Source of the DNA: a virus
Lineage: Duplodnaviria > Heunggongvirae > Uroviricota > Caudoviricetes
DNA length: 44,776 nucleotides
Virus record (IMG/VR): IMGVR_UViG_2648501797_000002
Coordinates: 1 to 44,776 of that record
Direction: 5' to 3' (one strand)
Both the position numbers and the translations under genes were made by a program. This document shows positions 8,423 through 17,388 of the stretch, piece by piece (position 1 is the first letter of the stretch; every line of letters begins with the position of its first letter). The notes below the pieces were generated by a model. That model saw nothing but the letters and a program-made list of their open reading frames with translations, had not been told where the DNA came from and did not search any database.

Positions 8423-8644
8423 ATGGAGAGTTCAACGACACGCAACAAAGTGGAGGCTCGCAGGATAGAAAGCTGGTTACACAGCCAGATAGCTGAACTG
8501 GGAACCACGAATATCGCCAAAGTGGCCGGAGTGAATAAGTCGACGGTGAGTCGCTGGCGGGAAAGCCTGCTGCCGAACATGTCGCTACTGCTGGCCATAC
8601 TGATTTCTAACAGGCCGGGAGAGAAAGGTGACTTTGAAGCATAA
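8423..8644 (+). CDS. cII: CII-like transcriptional activator
   Basis: Resembles lambda CII (RIESWLHSQIAELGTTNIAKVAGVNKSTVSRWRESLLPNMSLLLAIL). Confidence 0.75.
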   Translation: MESSTTRNKVEARRIESWLHSQIAELGTTNIAKVAGVNKSTVSRWRESLLPNMSLLLAILISNRPGEKGDFEA

Positions 8645-8729
8645 GTGGGAACAGAAAGGCGAAAGCCGCAGTGCGCGAACACTAACGGCTTTCTACGCGA
8701 ATTAACTGAACAAATTCACAGGAGTAATT

Positions 8730-9584
8730 ATGGCAAATACTGCCGAAGTAATCAATTTCCCTGTGCCTGTCGTGGCACTACAGGAGCTGCGCGTGGCAGA
8801 TCTCGACGATGGGTTTACGCGCATCGCCAATGAGCTCCTTGAAGCTGTCATGCGTGCGGGTCTGTCGCAGTATCAGCTTTTGGTGTTCATGGCTGTCATG
8901 CGCAAAACATACGGTTTCAACAAGAAATCTGACTGGGTCAGTAACGAGCAGCTCTCGGAGCTGACCGGCATTCTCCCGCATAAGTGCTCAGCTGCAAAAA
9001 GCGTCCTGGTTAAGCGGGGGATATTAACTCAAACCGGTCGTGTTATCGGGATTAATAAAACGGTCAGCGAATGGTCATCTTTACCCGTAAAAGGTACAGA
9101 AAAGAAACATTACCTGAAAAAGGTAACATTACCCGAATCAGGTAAGAAAAGTTTACCCGAATCAGGTAACGCCTATTACCCGAATCAGGTAAACACAAAA
9201 GACAAACATACAAAAGACAATAAAGACAATATTAATAACCCCCCTAAATCCCCCCGGGCGGTTTCGTTCGATGCGTTAGCTGTTCAGTTGCCTGACTGGC
9301 TTTCTGCAGAAATCTGGTCGTCATGGGTGGCATATCGTCGCGACCTGAAAAAGCCGATCAAGTCTCAGCAGACGGTCACCCAGGCTATCAACCTGCTGGA
9401 CCGCTGCAGACTGAACGGTTACTCGCCCGAAGAAATTATCAACCGCAGCATCGCCAATGGCTGGCAAGGCCTGTTTGAGCCAAATGGTGCCAAGCCTCAA
9501 CCAAGTCAACAGGTGCGAGTTGCCGAAAATTTCTCAGGGAAGGATTACGGGCAGACTGAAATCCCATCATGGGCGAGGGACTGA
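8730..9584 (+). CDS. Replication initiation protein O-like
   Basis: N-terminus resembles lambda O (VADLDDGFTRIANELLEA...MRKTYGFNK); contains iteron repeats internally. Confidence 0.85.
   Translation: MANTAEVINFPVPVVALQELRVADLDDGFTRIANELLEAVMRAGLSQYQLLVFMAVMRKTYGFNKKSDWVSNEQLSELTGILPHKCSAAKSVLVKRGILTQTGRVIGINKTVSEWSSLPVKGTEKKHYLKKVTLPESGKKSLPESGNAYYPNQVNTKDKHTKDNKDNINNPPKSPRAVSFDALAVQLPDWLSAEIWSSWVAYRRDLKKPIKSQQTVTQAINLLDRCRLNGYSPEEIINRSIANGWQGLFEPNGAKPQPSQQVRVAENFSGKDYGQTEIPSWARD
9108..9195 (+). repeat. Origin iterons: three TTACCCGAATCAGGTAA repeats plus a degenerate fourth, followed by an A/T-rich tract, inside the O gene
   Basis: Direct repeats read in sequence at about 9108-9195; lambda-type ori architecture. 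Confidence 0.6.
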
Positions 9585-9586
9585 TC

Positions 9587-10438
9587 ATGGAACTGGAAGA
9601 AAAAATCACTGCCATTGAGCGGATGCTTGATCAGCTGAGTAAGCCACCGGAAGACATCCCGAATTGCGAGGTGGTTATCGAGCGCGTCTGTTGCGAAAAA
9701 CATGGCGAGTATGAGCAGCGTAAGCGGATCCTGACCAGCAGCATCATCAATCTGCCATCACCGCCGACACGCTGCCCGGGCTGCCTGCAAGACGAACTGA
9801 ATTTTCTGAAGGATGAAAAGGTTCGCTGGGATAAGCGAGTTCGCCAGCAAACTGCAGAAAGGCTGCTTCGCCAGCTGGACATACCAGAGCGATTCTCCAC
9901 GTGCACTCTGGACAGCTACAAGCCTGTTGGGAAGGATTCTGAGCGAGCATTACGGGTCTGCCAGGCCTACGCATCGAAATGGACTGATCGCCTCCAGCAG
10001 GGCGGTGGGTTGGTTATGTGTGGCAAGCCTGGTACCGGTAAAAACCACCTTGCGCTGGCCATTGCCCGTCATGTGATTGAGCACCACCAAAGCTCAGTCA
10101 TTTTCACGACGGCGCTGAAGATTGCCCGGGAGTTTAAATCGACCTGGTCAAAAACAGCCACGCGCACTGAGGATGAGGTGATCCGCTACTTCACGAAGCC
10201 AGACCTTCTGATTGTCGATGAGGTTGGTGTGCAGTTTGGCAGCGAAGCCGAGAAGATGATCATGTTTGAAATCATCAACACCCGCTACGAGCGCCTGAAG
10301 CCGACGATCCTGATCAGCAACCTGCCGAAGGATGAGCTGACGCAGTTTATCGGCGAGCGCGTCATCGACCGCATGAACGACGGCGGCGGCTGCACGATTT
10401 CGTTTACCTGGGACAGCTATCGGGAGAACCGGTCATGA
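9587..10438 (+). CDS. DnaC/IstB-like AAA+ helicase loader with N-terminal Cys-rich region
   Basis: Walker A (GKPGTGKNHLA) and Walker B (LLIVDEVG); N-terminal CxxC pairs; start at ATG 9587 with GAGGGA RBS. Confidence 0.8.
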   Translation: MELEEKITAIERMLDQLSKPPEDIPNCEVVIERVCCEKHGEYEQRKRILTSSIINLPSPPTRCPGCLQDELNFLKDEKVRWDKRVRQQTAERLLRQLDIPERFSTCTLDSYKPVGKDSERALRVCQAYASKWTDRLQQGGGLVMCGKPGTGKNHLALAIARHVIEHHQSSVIFTTALKIAREFKSTWSKTATRTEDEVIRYFTKPDLLIVDEVGVQFGSEAEKMIMFEIINTRYERLKPTILISNLPKDELTQFIGERVIDRMNDGGGCTISFTWDSYRENRS

Positions 10439-10728
10439 CAGGAAAAGACGCAATTCTGAACTACCTGAAAACGCATAAAACCTGCAGCTCTCCAGATGTC
10501 GCCGCGGCTTCCGGGATGACGCATACCTGCATCAACCAGGCTGCCAATATCCTGGCAAAGCAGGGGGTACTGGTAGCGGAAGCTCGGGTGTGGCGGACGG
10601 TTTACTACCGGCTGGCCACTGAAGAAGAAATTTCAGGCAGGAAGAGCACCAATCAGATTTTCAACGAGTGTCGGCAAAGCCCGGCGATGAAACGGGTACT
10701 GGCTGTTTACGGGAGAACATCAGCATGA
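10435..10728 (+). CDS. Hypothetical protein
   Basis: ORF coupled (ATGA overlap) to the DnaC-like gene. Confidence 0.45.
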   Translation: MTGKDAILNYLKTHKTCSSPDVAAASGMTHTCINQAANILAKQGVLVAEARVWRTVYYRLATEEEISGRKSTNQIFNECRQSPAMKRVLAVYGRTSA

Positions 10729-11348
10729 CTATCACATTACAGGCAGTAAACGAGCTCATCGCCGCTCTGGAGAGCGCTGGCGAGCTGTCGATCAGAGAGC
10801 GGAAGTATCTGGACGTTATGCGCTGGGCGATTCGTGTTGCTGGCGAGCGTGATGCGGCGCTGAATGCAGAGCGTGTATGGGAAAAGACCATGATGGAAGC
10901 TTGCGGCGAGGATGGCCCTGCGTCGGTAGCCAACGAAATTCGCTCGTTGCGGGCTCTACGGGATACGGCAATTCAGGCGCTTAAGTCTCAGGTTGAGCAG
11001 CTGTCTGCGGAGAATGTGGCGCTGAAGGCAGCCGTTGCGGAAGAAATTGAAGTTATCAATCGTGGTGGACAGCGGTATTGCGTGAAGGACGGCATGTCTA
11101 TAAACCCGATATATGCGCGCGGATGGAATGACCACCGGGCTAATTTGACAGCAGTAGAAACCCCCGCCACAGATCGCTTCGTAGTCGGGATTAAGGCTGA
11201 TGGGGTGGAAGAGTTTGCAGCGATGACAGAAAAAGTTGGTGATGAAGAGGAGTTTTACGATCACGGGGAGTCTTCTGAGACGCTGAAATACACGGCTAAG
11301 CAAGCAAGATTATTCGCCCAGCAGCTGCGCGATGGGGCCGACAAATGA
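10725..11348 (+). CDS. Hypothetical protein with coiled-coil segment
   Basis: Start at ATG 10725 overlapping the previous stop. Confidence 0.45.
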   Translation: MTITLQAVNELIAALESAGELSIRERKYLDVMRWAIRVAGERDAALNAERVWEKTMMEACGEDGPASVANEIRSLRALRDTAIQALKSQVEQLSAENVALKAAVAEEIEVINRGGQRYCVKDGMSINPIYARGWNDHRANLTAVETPATDRFVVGIKADGVEEFAAMTEKVGDEEEFYDHGESSETLKYTAKQARLFAQQLRDGADK

Positions 11349-11920
11349 CCAAATCAACCATAACCAGAGAGCGAATAGCTCAGATAGCAAATCCTGGCGC
11401 ATGGGTGAAGTGTACGCACGAAGAGGTGCAGGAACTAGCCCGCATGGCTCTGGCCGCAATGGACAGCGAGTCTGAGTGTTTGCCTATCGACTACCTACAG
11501 GGACACAAAGACGGTCTGGAGTGGGCCGCCAAACTGGCGGAAGCCAACCACCCTGAAACCGGAGACTGGCTTTACGATGACCCTATCGAGCTGGCAAAAG
11601 CTATTCGCAAAGGTCCAGATATGCCGCCAGCGCAGCCGGTAGCGGACAGCGAGCCGGTGGCGGTAATTGACCTGGCTAACCTTGATTATCTCCTAAGTGG
11701 TGCTGATGCCGATGTGTGGCCTCCTGAGCGCGAAGAGATGGGAGATGTGCTTCTCTATCGCCACGCGCAGCCAGCGACGGTAGTGCCGAAAGACCATCAA
11801 ATCCGCGAACTGGTTAATCAGTTGCGCGATATTGCGATTGAATATCATGGGACACAGCAACTTCGTGAACGCATTGCGCGGGTTCTACGCGCCGCCATGC
11901 TCAACGGAGGTAAGTCATGA
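11345..11920 (+). CDS. Hypothetical protein
   Basis: 191-aa ORF, coupled. Confidence 0.5.
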   Translation: MTKSTITRERIAQIANPGAWVKCTHEEVQELARMALAAMDSESECLPIDYLQGHKDGLEWAAKLAEANHPETGDWLYDDPIELAKAIRKGPDMPPAQPVADSEPVAVIDLANLDYLLSGADADVWPPEREEMGDVLLYRHAQPATVVPKDHQIRELVNQLRDIAIEYHGTQQLRERIARVLRAAMLNGGKS

Positions 11921-12387
11921 AATTCGAAGAATGGTTATCGCAACAAAACGGCGTCATTGAGGTTGATTGCGGCTGTGTTACCTCTGAAGCTTTTTATCAC
12001 TGGATGCGCGTAGCTTATGAGGCTGGCAACTCTCAGGTGATTCCGGATGGTTGGACATGCAACGATAAAGCAAACGCAGCGCTGATGATGCTTGATCGGA
12101 TTGAAACGGTAGACCCTGTTGATGATGACCGTATCGACAGCATTAAGCGCATTGTTCGTGAGCTCGCAGCCGCCCCGCAGTCTCCCGGCAGTGACCCTGC
12201 CACCGTGCCGGGTAAATGGATTCCGGTAAGCGAGCGGATGCCGGAGAATGATGTATCTGTTCTCACATTCGACGGAATGTATAAGCGAGTTCATCATGCC
12301 ATGTATGGTCATTGGCAGTGCTGGGAGCCAGAGAAAATCACCCACTGGATGCCGCTGCCAGCAGCGCCGCAGGAGGTGAGGTGGTGA
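11917..12387 (+). CDS. DUF551-like phage protein
   Basis: C-terminal W...ITHWMPLP motif typical of DUF551 (recalled from memory). Confidence 0.5.
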   Translation: MKFEEWLSQQNGVIEVDCGCVTSEAFYHWMRVAYEAGNSQVIPDGWTCNDKANAALMMLDRIETVDPVDDDRIDSIKRIVRELAAAPQSPGSDPATVPGKWIPVSERMPENDVSVLTFDGMYKRVHHAMYGHWQCWEPEKITHWMPLPAAPQEVRW

Positions 12388-12613
12388 CCAAGTGCAATGC
12401 TCTGCTTTATGCCATGGTGATTGGCTTCGGCCTGGCTGCTGGTATCCGGGTTTATATTGCCTGGGAGTCATTAATCAATCTGGCGTGGAGTGCGATTCGT
12501 GGCTAAATCCCCCGCCGAACGCAAAGCCGCGCAGGAGGTAAAGATCTGTTTGGCTGGAAGTGAGGGCGTGGTAATGTGTTTACCTATTCTTCATTTGCTT
12601 AGGTGGCGTGAAA

Positions 12614-12811
12614 ATGCTGTATACAGTGACGTTCAATGAGACAGAGCGGAAGGAAGATATTGAACTTAGCGCGGATGTCAGGGCGGGTGATTTGCTGTCA
12701 TTAACGCTCGATGGCGTGAAAGATGACTACACGGTGATGACAGTAGGCGGTCCTATCATTGGCAATACCTGTGTCCCATCAATAATCCGGGTAAAAAAAG
12801 CTCAGAAATAA
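12614..12811 (+). CDS. Hypothetical small protein
   Basis: ORF followed by an intrinsic terminator; start ambiguous (GTG 12608 or ATG 12614). Confidence 0.35.
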   Translation: MLYTVTFNETERKEDIELSADVRAGDLLSLTLDGVKDDYTVMTVGGPIIGNTCVPSIIRVKKAQK

Positions 12812-12822
12812 TAATGTATAAT

Positions 12823-12847
12823 CCCCTCCACAGCAGAGGGGATTTTT
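12823..12847 (+). terminator. Rho-independent terminator (CCCCTC-loop-GAGGGG plus T-run)
   Basis: Hairpin and U-tract read directly. Confidence 0.5.
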
Positions 12848-13030
12848 ATGACAAACAAAAAAATGACACCTGCCGAAAAGCTCAAAGCTTCGCGGAAGCG
12901 GTATAAAAAAATCTGGCTTCAACTGGATATCGCTAACGCCAAGCGATTTGGCGAGAAAGAAGTGCTTTCCGTTGACACCTACAGATCGCCCTATGAAACG
13001 CGCAAGAAAAGAGGGAGGACAGCAGATTGA
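12848..13030 (+). CDS. Hypothetical small basic protein
   Basis: 60-aa ORF. Confidence 0.4.
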   Translation: MTNKKMTPAEKLKASRKRYKKIWLQLDIANAKRFGEKEVLSVDTYRSPYETRKKRGRTAD

Positions 13031-13290
13031 CAACATCATCCTGGAACATAGCAGCCAAATCGAAAGACGAGCAGGACAAAGTCAACGTTGACCTCGCCGC
13101 GTCCGGCGTCGCTTACAAAGAGCGCCTGAACATGCCGGTTGTCGCCGAAGTGGTGGCCAGAGAGCAGCCTGAACACCTACGCGAGTATTTCATGGAACGT
13201 GTCCGCTACTATCGTGAACAGAGCATCCAGTTACCACGCGCATCCGATCCGCGCTATCTGGAAATGGCAGAGCAGAACTCTAAGAAGTGA
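13027..13290 (+). CDS. Hypothetical protein
   Basis: 87-aa ORF, coupled. Confidence 0.4.
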   Translation: MTTSSWNIAAKSKDEQDKVNVDLAASGVAYKERLNMPVVAEVVAREQPEHLREYFMERVRYYREQSIQLPRASDPRYLEMAEQNSKK

Positions 13291-13308
13291 TTAAACAAGG
13301 AGAAAAGA

Positions 13309-13569
13309 ATGGTTCAGGTCTTACTTATTGGCGGCAATCGTGACGGTGAAATAGAAGAGAGAGAGTTCCAGCGTGATGGTGTTATTGTGGATTACACCCC
13401 CACCATTGTGAGTTCTCGCTCCCCGCACACAGAAGTGCGCAGTGCTCCTCGATACATAATGGATTCAATGAGGATTGATGGGGAATACTATGCTTTTGCA
13501 AGTTGTAAAAGCATTGAAGGGTCTGAGATAGAGCGCTTAATAAAGGCATCAAAGCTGAAACCAATGTAA
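13309..13569 (+). CDS. Hypothetical protein
   Basis: 86-aa ORF with RBS. Confidence 0.45.
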   Translation: MVQVLLIGGNRDGEIEEREFQRDGVIVDYTPTIVSSRSPHTEVRSAPRYIMDSMRIDGEYYAFASCKSIEGSEIERLIKASKLKPM

Positions 13570-13589
13570 TTCAATCATCGACCGCACAT

Positions 13590-13612
13590 AACCCGCTTAC
13601 TGCGGGTTTTTA
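13590..13612 (+). terminator. Rho-independent terminator (AACCCGC-TTACT-GCGGGTT-TTT)
   Basis: Hairpin and U-tract read directly. Confidence 0.55.
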
Positions 13613-13804
13613 TCTCCTATGCTCATTTTGCTTTTATCCCCGTAACGGGCGATAATTACCTCGTCAGCCTGAGCAACTGACACGATTATCCGGCGCCAAG
13701 TGGGGACACATGGCGCACAAAACCTTACAGCAATCCCTGTCACCGATGGCGAAGGCCACCGGCGATTTTCTGCATTCAGCGTTTAGCCTCTGCGGAGGTG
13801 AAGC

Positions 13805-14272
13805 GTGAAGCAACAATTCTGCCTTATCAACGACAACGTTAAGCGTAACGTCGTCAACTTCATCCAGTCTCTGCCCGTCGACCACCGATCGCCGCTGATT
13901 ATCGAGGCGCGCGAAGAAAGCCGCACCGACAAACAGAATCGCCTCATGTGGCCACTTTTGAAAGACCTGAGCGATCAGGTGATCTGGCACGGCGAAAAGC
14001 TGGAGCCAGCGGAGTGGAAAGACCTCATCACCGTGCTGGTCAGCCAGATGCAAAACCCGGAGCGTGAGCAGAAATCCGCCCCGGGTATCAACGGCGGGCG
14101 CGTCTACTTCGGCGTTCGCACCTCTCAATCCAGCAAGCGCTACATGGTCGAGGTAATCGAGGCGATCTACTGGTTCGGCACCGAGCACAATGTGAAGTTC
14201 AGCGAGAAGTCCAGCAGTCGGATTGCATGGGCCCAGGAATGGAGGGCTTCGCATGCACAGTCTGCTCGCTAA
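13805..14272 (+). CDS. ninB: NinB-like recombination protein
   Basis: Resembles lambda NinB (DKQNRLMWPLLKDLSDQVIWHG...); GTG start with GGAGG RBS. Confidence 0.75.
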   Translation: MKQQFCLINDNVKRNVVNFIQSLPVDHRSPLIIEAREESRTDKQNRLMWPLLKDLSDQVIWHGEKLEPAEWKDLITVLVSQMQNPEREQKSAPGINGGRVYFGVRTSQSSKRYMVEVIEAIYWFGTEHNVKFSEKSSSRIAWAQEWRASHAQSAR

Positions 14273-14423
14273 GGTCATGGATCGCGGCATCTTCCGCGTG
14301 CCGGCGAGCCGCAAGCGCAAGGTCGAAGTTAAGCCTTCCGACATCCCGACCATGAAAGACTACACCGCCCGCCTGGTCGATAAGAAGTGGCTACGCCTGA
14401 GAGCAAGGAGGCCGCATGCTTAA
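14253..14423 (+). CDS. NinE-like protein
   Basis: C-terminal YTARLVDKKWLRLRARR resembles lambda NinE; GGAGGG RBS. Confidence 0.55.
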   Translation: MHSLLAKVMDRGIFRVPASRKRKVEVKPSDIPTMKDYTARLVDKKWLRLRARRPHA

Positions 14424-14997
14424 ACGTACTCAGCGCCGGTGCAAAATCTGCCGGGCAAAATTCACCCCAGCATTCGAAAACCACCGTTGGTGCTGCCCTG
14501 AGCATGGAGCTGAATTTGCCATGCAGGAACTGGAGAAGAAGCGCGAAAAACAGGCCCAGGCGAAAGCGAAGAAAGAGCGCGCAGCCTGGCGCAAGCGCAA
14601 AGCCGCGGTGAAGCCTCTCCGACACTGGGAAGACATGACCCAGCGCGTCGTTAACGACTATATCCGCGAGCGTGACCACGATCTGCCGTGCATCAGCTGC
14701 GGCACATTCGAAACAGTTCAGTGGGAAGCAGGTCATTACAGATCCCGCGGGAAAGCATCTCACCTGCGCTACAACGAGGACAACATTCACAAGCAGTGCC
14801 ATCACTGCAACGTGCAGATGTCAGGTAACCAGCAGCAGTACCGCATCGGCCTGGTAGAGAAAATCGGCGCTGAGCGCGTCGAGGCGCTCGAAAACAACAA
14901 CACCCCTCACCGATACACCATCGAAGAACTGGAAGGAATCAGGCGCCATTACAGCGCGCTACGCCGTGCGCTCATAAAACAACGGGAGGCCGCATGA
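14416..14997 (+). CDS. NinG/Rap-like protein
   Basis: Cys/His-rich pattern typical of NinG family; nin-region position. Confidence 0.7.
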   Translation: MLKRTQRRCKICRAKFTPAFENHRWCCPEHGAEFAMQELEKKREKQAQAKAKKERAAWRKRKAAVKPLRHWEDMTQRVVNDYIRERDHDLPCISCGTFETVQWEAGHYRSRGKASHLRYNEDNIHKQCHHCNVQMSGNQQQYRIGLVEKIGAERVEALENNNTPHRYTIEELEGIRRHYSALRRALIKQREAA

Positions 14998-15134
14998 ACC
15001 AGCTCGCCATAGAACGCATCCGCGAACACTGGCAAAAGCTCCGCCTCTGCCGGCACCGAGGCACCGTACTGGTTGACTACCGAATTTTGAAGAATTTCGT
15101 TCGCATCTATCAGACCCTGGGAGAGACAGCATGA
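14994..15134 (+). CDS. Hypothetical small nin-region protein (46 aa)
   Basis: Hand-translated; ATGA overlaps on both sides. Confidence 0.3.
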   Translation: MNQLAIERIREHWQKLRLCRHRGTVLVDYRILKNFVRIYQTLGETA

Positions 15135-15631
15135 AACTGGAATTAACCAACGAACAGCACCAGTGGATAGATCAGTGGCTCCAGCTTTGGGGCGCATGGT
15201 GCCAGACAGGGAAGATAGACAAGGCGATGATAAATATGATTGCCAAGTTCATGGCCACGGTTGAACCGCAAGTACCATCAAGGCCTGTATGCAGCGATGA
15301 TGATGGGTTGCTGATTGATGCCGTAATCCGGCATTACCTGAAAAACGTAGATGAGAACGCATGGAAGGTAATTTTTGCCTATTACGTCTGCAACTCAAGC
15401 GAGATAAGGATCGCCTCATGGCAGCATGCTGTGAGCAAGCCTCGCCTGATGAAGACGCGCGCCGGAAACCAGTATAAGCACCCGAGCATTTCAACCATCC
15501 GCCGGGAAGTTAAGCAGGTTATCAACGCGGCACTCTTCTGTCTGTACCAACCGCTGCAAAATGCGTTTAACGATCGCGATAGTGTGAGGAAAATTGCAAA
15601 AAATAGTCATAACGTGCTTGCATTTCAATGA
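15131..15631 (+). CDS. Late-gene antiterminator Q (QuuD / phage 82 Q-like family)
   Basis: WGAW...SRPVCSDDD...YYV pattern resembling QuuD-type Q proteins (recalled); followed by promoter-like and terminator elements. Confidence 0.7.
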   Translation: MKLELTNEQHQWIDQWLQLWGAWCQTGKIDKAMINMIAKFMATVEPQVPSRPVCSDDDGLLIDAVIRHYLKNVDENAWKVIFAYYVCNSSEIRIASWQHAVSKPRLMKTRAGNQYKHPSISTIRREVKQVINAALFCLYQPLQNAFNDRDSVRKIAKNSHNVLAFQ

Positions 15632-15692
15632 ACAAATGAGCAATATATTTAGTGTAGGTTGCCGTATTTGCGTTTGACCTATCAGAACACCG

Positions 15693-15718
15693 AGCCTCGC
15701 CATCGTGCGGGGCTTTTT
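15693..15718 (+). terminator. tR'-like intrinsic terminator downstream of the putative late promoter
   Basis: AGCCTCGC-CATCGT-GCGGGGCT hairpin followed by TTTTT. Confidence 0.5.
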
Positions 15719-15805
15719 CATGCCTGTGATCCGGTCAGGGCTCTTGGGTAGAGACGTGCTGCACGACACGTCAAAGCCCTTCCGCGCAGAGCCCTGAACC
15801 AGATT

Positions 15806-15880
15806 GCATCTGTCGTAGTTTGGTAATTACATCTGGCTTCCAACCAGAAAATGCGGGTTCGATCCCCGCCAGATGCTCCA
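15806..15880 (+). tRNA. Phage-encoded tRNA-Gly (anticodon UCC)
   Basis: 75-nt cloverleaf folded by hand: 7-bp acceptor stem, D-loop with GG, anticodon loop CUUCCAA, T-arm GCGGG-TTCGATC-CCCGC, discriminator U, CCA end. Confidence 0.75.
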
Positions 15881-15941
15881 ATCCCTCTACCTTGGGACCA
15901 TTACGGCTACCGCGCCGTCGCTTTTACCCTTGGTATTTCTT

Positions 15942-15963
15942 CCCGCCTTGAGCGGGTTTTTTA
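15942..15963 (+). terminator. Rho-independent terminator downstream of tRNA-Gly
   Basis: CCCGC-CTTGA-GCGGG followed by TTTTTTATT. Confidence 0.55.
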
Positions 15964-16086
15964 TTGAGCATGCCCAGACCCTCGGGAATCATCCCCGACG
16001 TGCTTTGTTGATAAATCAGCCCGCAGGGTCTGGGCCTCTTTTCCCCTTTACGCACAGCGCCATCCGTCATCAACGGAGGTGAGGTT

Positions 16087-16356
16087 ATGACAAAAATGAG
16101 CACCATTTACAGCAGACTTTCATACGGCACCGGGACCGCACTGACGGGCTGCGGTGTCTCAGCAAAGGCGTATGCCGGGGCAGTTAAGGCAGAGGTATGG
16201 ATTTTGGCCGACAAAATAGCGGGGATGACCCTGAGTGACTGGGCAATTATTGTCGGTATCGCCTGCACCATTACCACCTGTGGGGTGAACTGGTACTACA
16301 GGCGGAAAGAACGCGAGGATCGGCTCAATGGCTATGACACCAAAACTGAGGAATAG
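16087..16356 (+). CDS. Holin
   Basis: 89-aa protein with hydrophobic segments and charged C-terminus; MTKM dual-start-like N-terminus; immediately upstream of endolysin. Confidence 0.6.
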   Translation: MTKMSTIYSRLSYGTGTALTGCGVSAKAYAGAVKAEVWILADKIAGMTLSDWAIIVGIACTITTCGVNWYYRRKEREDRLNGYDTKTEE

Positions 16357-16831
16357 CGTTATCGCTGCCATCGGCGGTGGCGCCATAGCCATTGCTTCTG
16401 CGCTCATCACCGGCCCAACTGGTAACGATGGTCTTGAAGGTGTGCGTTATGACCCCTATCAGGATGTGGTAGGCGTATGGACTGTCTGTTATGGCCACAC
16501 TGGCAAAGATATCATGCTCGGCAAGAAGTACACCGAGGCTGAATGCCGTGCGCTGCTCAGCAAAGACCTGAACACCGTTGCTCGCCAGATTAATCCTTAC
16601 ATCCAGAAGCCGATCCCCGAGACAATGCGCGGGGCTCTGTACTCGTTCGCGTATAACGTTGGCGCTGGCAACTTCCAGACCTCCACGCTGCTGCGAAAAA
16701 TCAACCAGGGCGACCAGAAAGGCGCATGTGACCAGTTGCGCCGCTGGACCTACGCCAAGGGCAAACAGTGGAAAGGCCTGGTAACTCGCCGCGAGATTGA
16801 GCGCGAAGTTTGTCTCTGGAGTCAAAAATGA
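16328..16831 (+). CDS. SAR-endolysin (T4-lysozyme-type muramidase)
   Basis: N-terminal Gly/Ala-rich weakly hydrophobic SAR helix ([19 protein letters not shown]) followed by an E-x8-D-x5-T catalytic motif. Confidence 0.85.
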   Translation: MAMTPKLRNSVIAAIGGGAIAIASALITGPTGNDGLEGVRYDPYQDVVGVWTVCYGHTGKDIMLGKKYTEAECRALLSKDLNTVARQINPYIQKPIPETMRGALYSFAYNVGAGNFQTSTLLRKINQGDQKGACDQLRRWTYAKGKQWKGLVTRREIEREVCLWSQK

Positions 16832-17217
16832 GCCGGTTAACCGCCATTATCAGCGCCATTGCGATCTGCCTGGTTGTTTGCCTTGGTTGGCTGGCAATGC
16901 ATTACCGCAACGCTGCTGCTGAGCAGAAAACCAGAGCCGATAGCGCTGAGCAGCAGGTAAACGCAGCACAGGCGATCACCTCCAACGTTCTGACCACCAT
17001 GACCATCTTCAACACCATCGCCGAGGCCAATCAGCATGCAAAAGAGCAGATCGCACTGGACGCATCGGGAGCCTCGGCTGATATCCGGGTTGCTGTTGCG
17101 AATGATGATTGCACTAATCGCACTGTGCCTGCTGGCGCAGTTAAGCGGCTGCAGCAATACGCGAACGGTCTACGTCAAAGTGCCGGTGGTCCCGTTACCA
17201 GCCAGCCTGACGGCTGA
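16828..17217 (+). CDS. Rz-like i-spanin
   Basis: N-terminal transmembrane helix then helical periplasmic domain; directly after endolysin. Confidence 0.65.
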   Translation: MSRLTAIISAIAICLVVCLGWLAMHYRNAAAEQKTRADSAEQQVNAAQAITSNVLTTMTIFNTIAEANQHAKEQIALDASGASADIRVAVANDDCTNRTVPAGAVKRLQQYANGLRQSAGGPVTSQPDG

Positions 17218-17353
17218 CACCCCGCAACCGGAAATCCCCGACAACCTGACGTGGGGCCAGAGCCTGGATTTAAACGTCAGTCTGCTATCAGCGCTTGGCC
17301 AGTGCAACAGGGATAAGGCCGATATCAGGCAAGCAGAATCAAAACGTCAGTAG
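17102..17353 (+). CDS. Rz1-like o-spanin lipoprotein (overlapping Rz in an alternate frame)
   Basis: Lipobox LAQLSGC; Pro-rich mature region; overlaps the 3' part of Rz. Confidence 0.6.
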   Translation: MMIALIALCLLAQLSGCSNTRTVYVKVPVVPLPASLTADTPQPEIPDNLTWGQSLDLNVSLLSALGQCNRDKADIRQAESKRQ

Positions 17354-17388
17354 GGCATTACAGAGCCACTTCAAGAGGTGGCTCGATA

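Noticed and set aside
13664-14353. 229-aa minus-strand ORF
   Set aside because: Antisense to NinB, which has recognisable homology and an RBS; artefact of GC-rich sequence.
15736-15797. Possible second tRNA upstream of tRNA-Gly
   Set aside because: A perfect 7-bp terminal stem exists, but the element is only about 61 nt and lacks a recognisable T-arm and CCA; retained only as a structured region in the findings.
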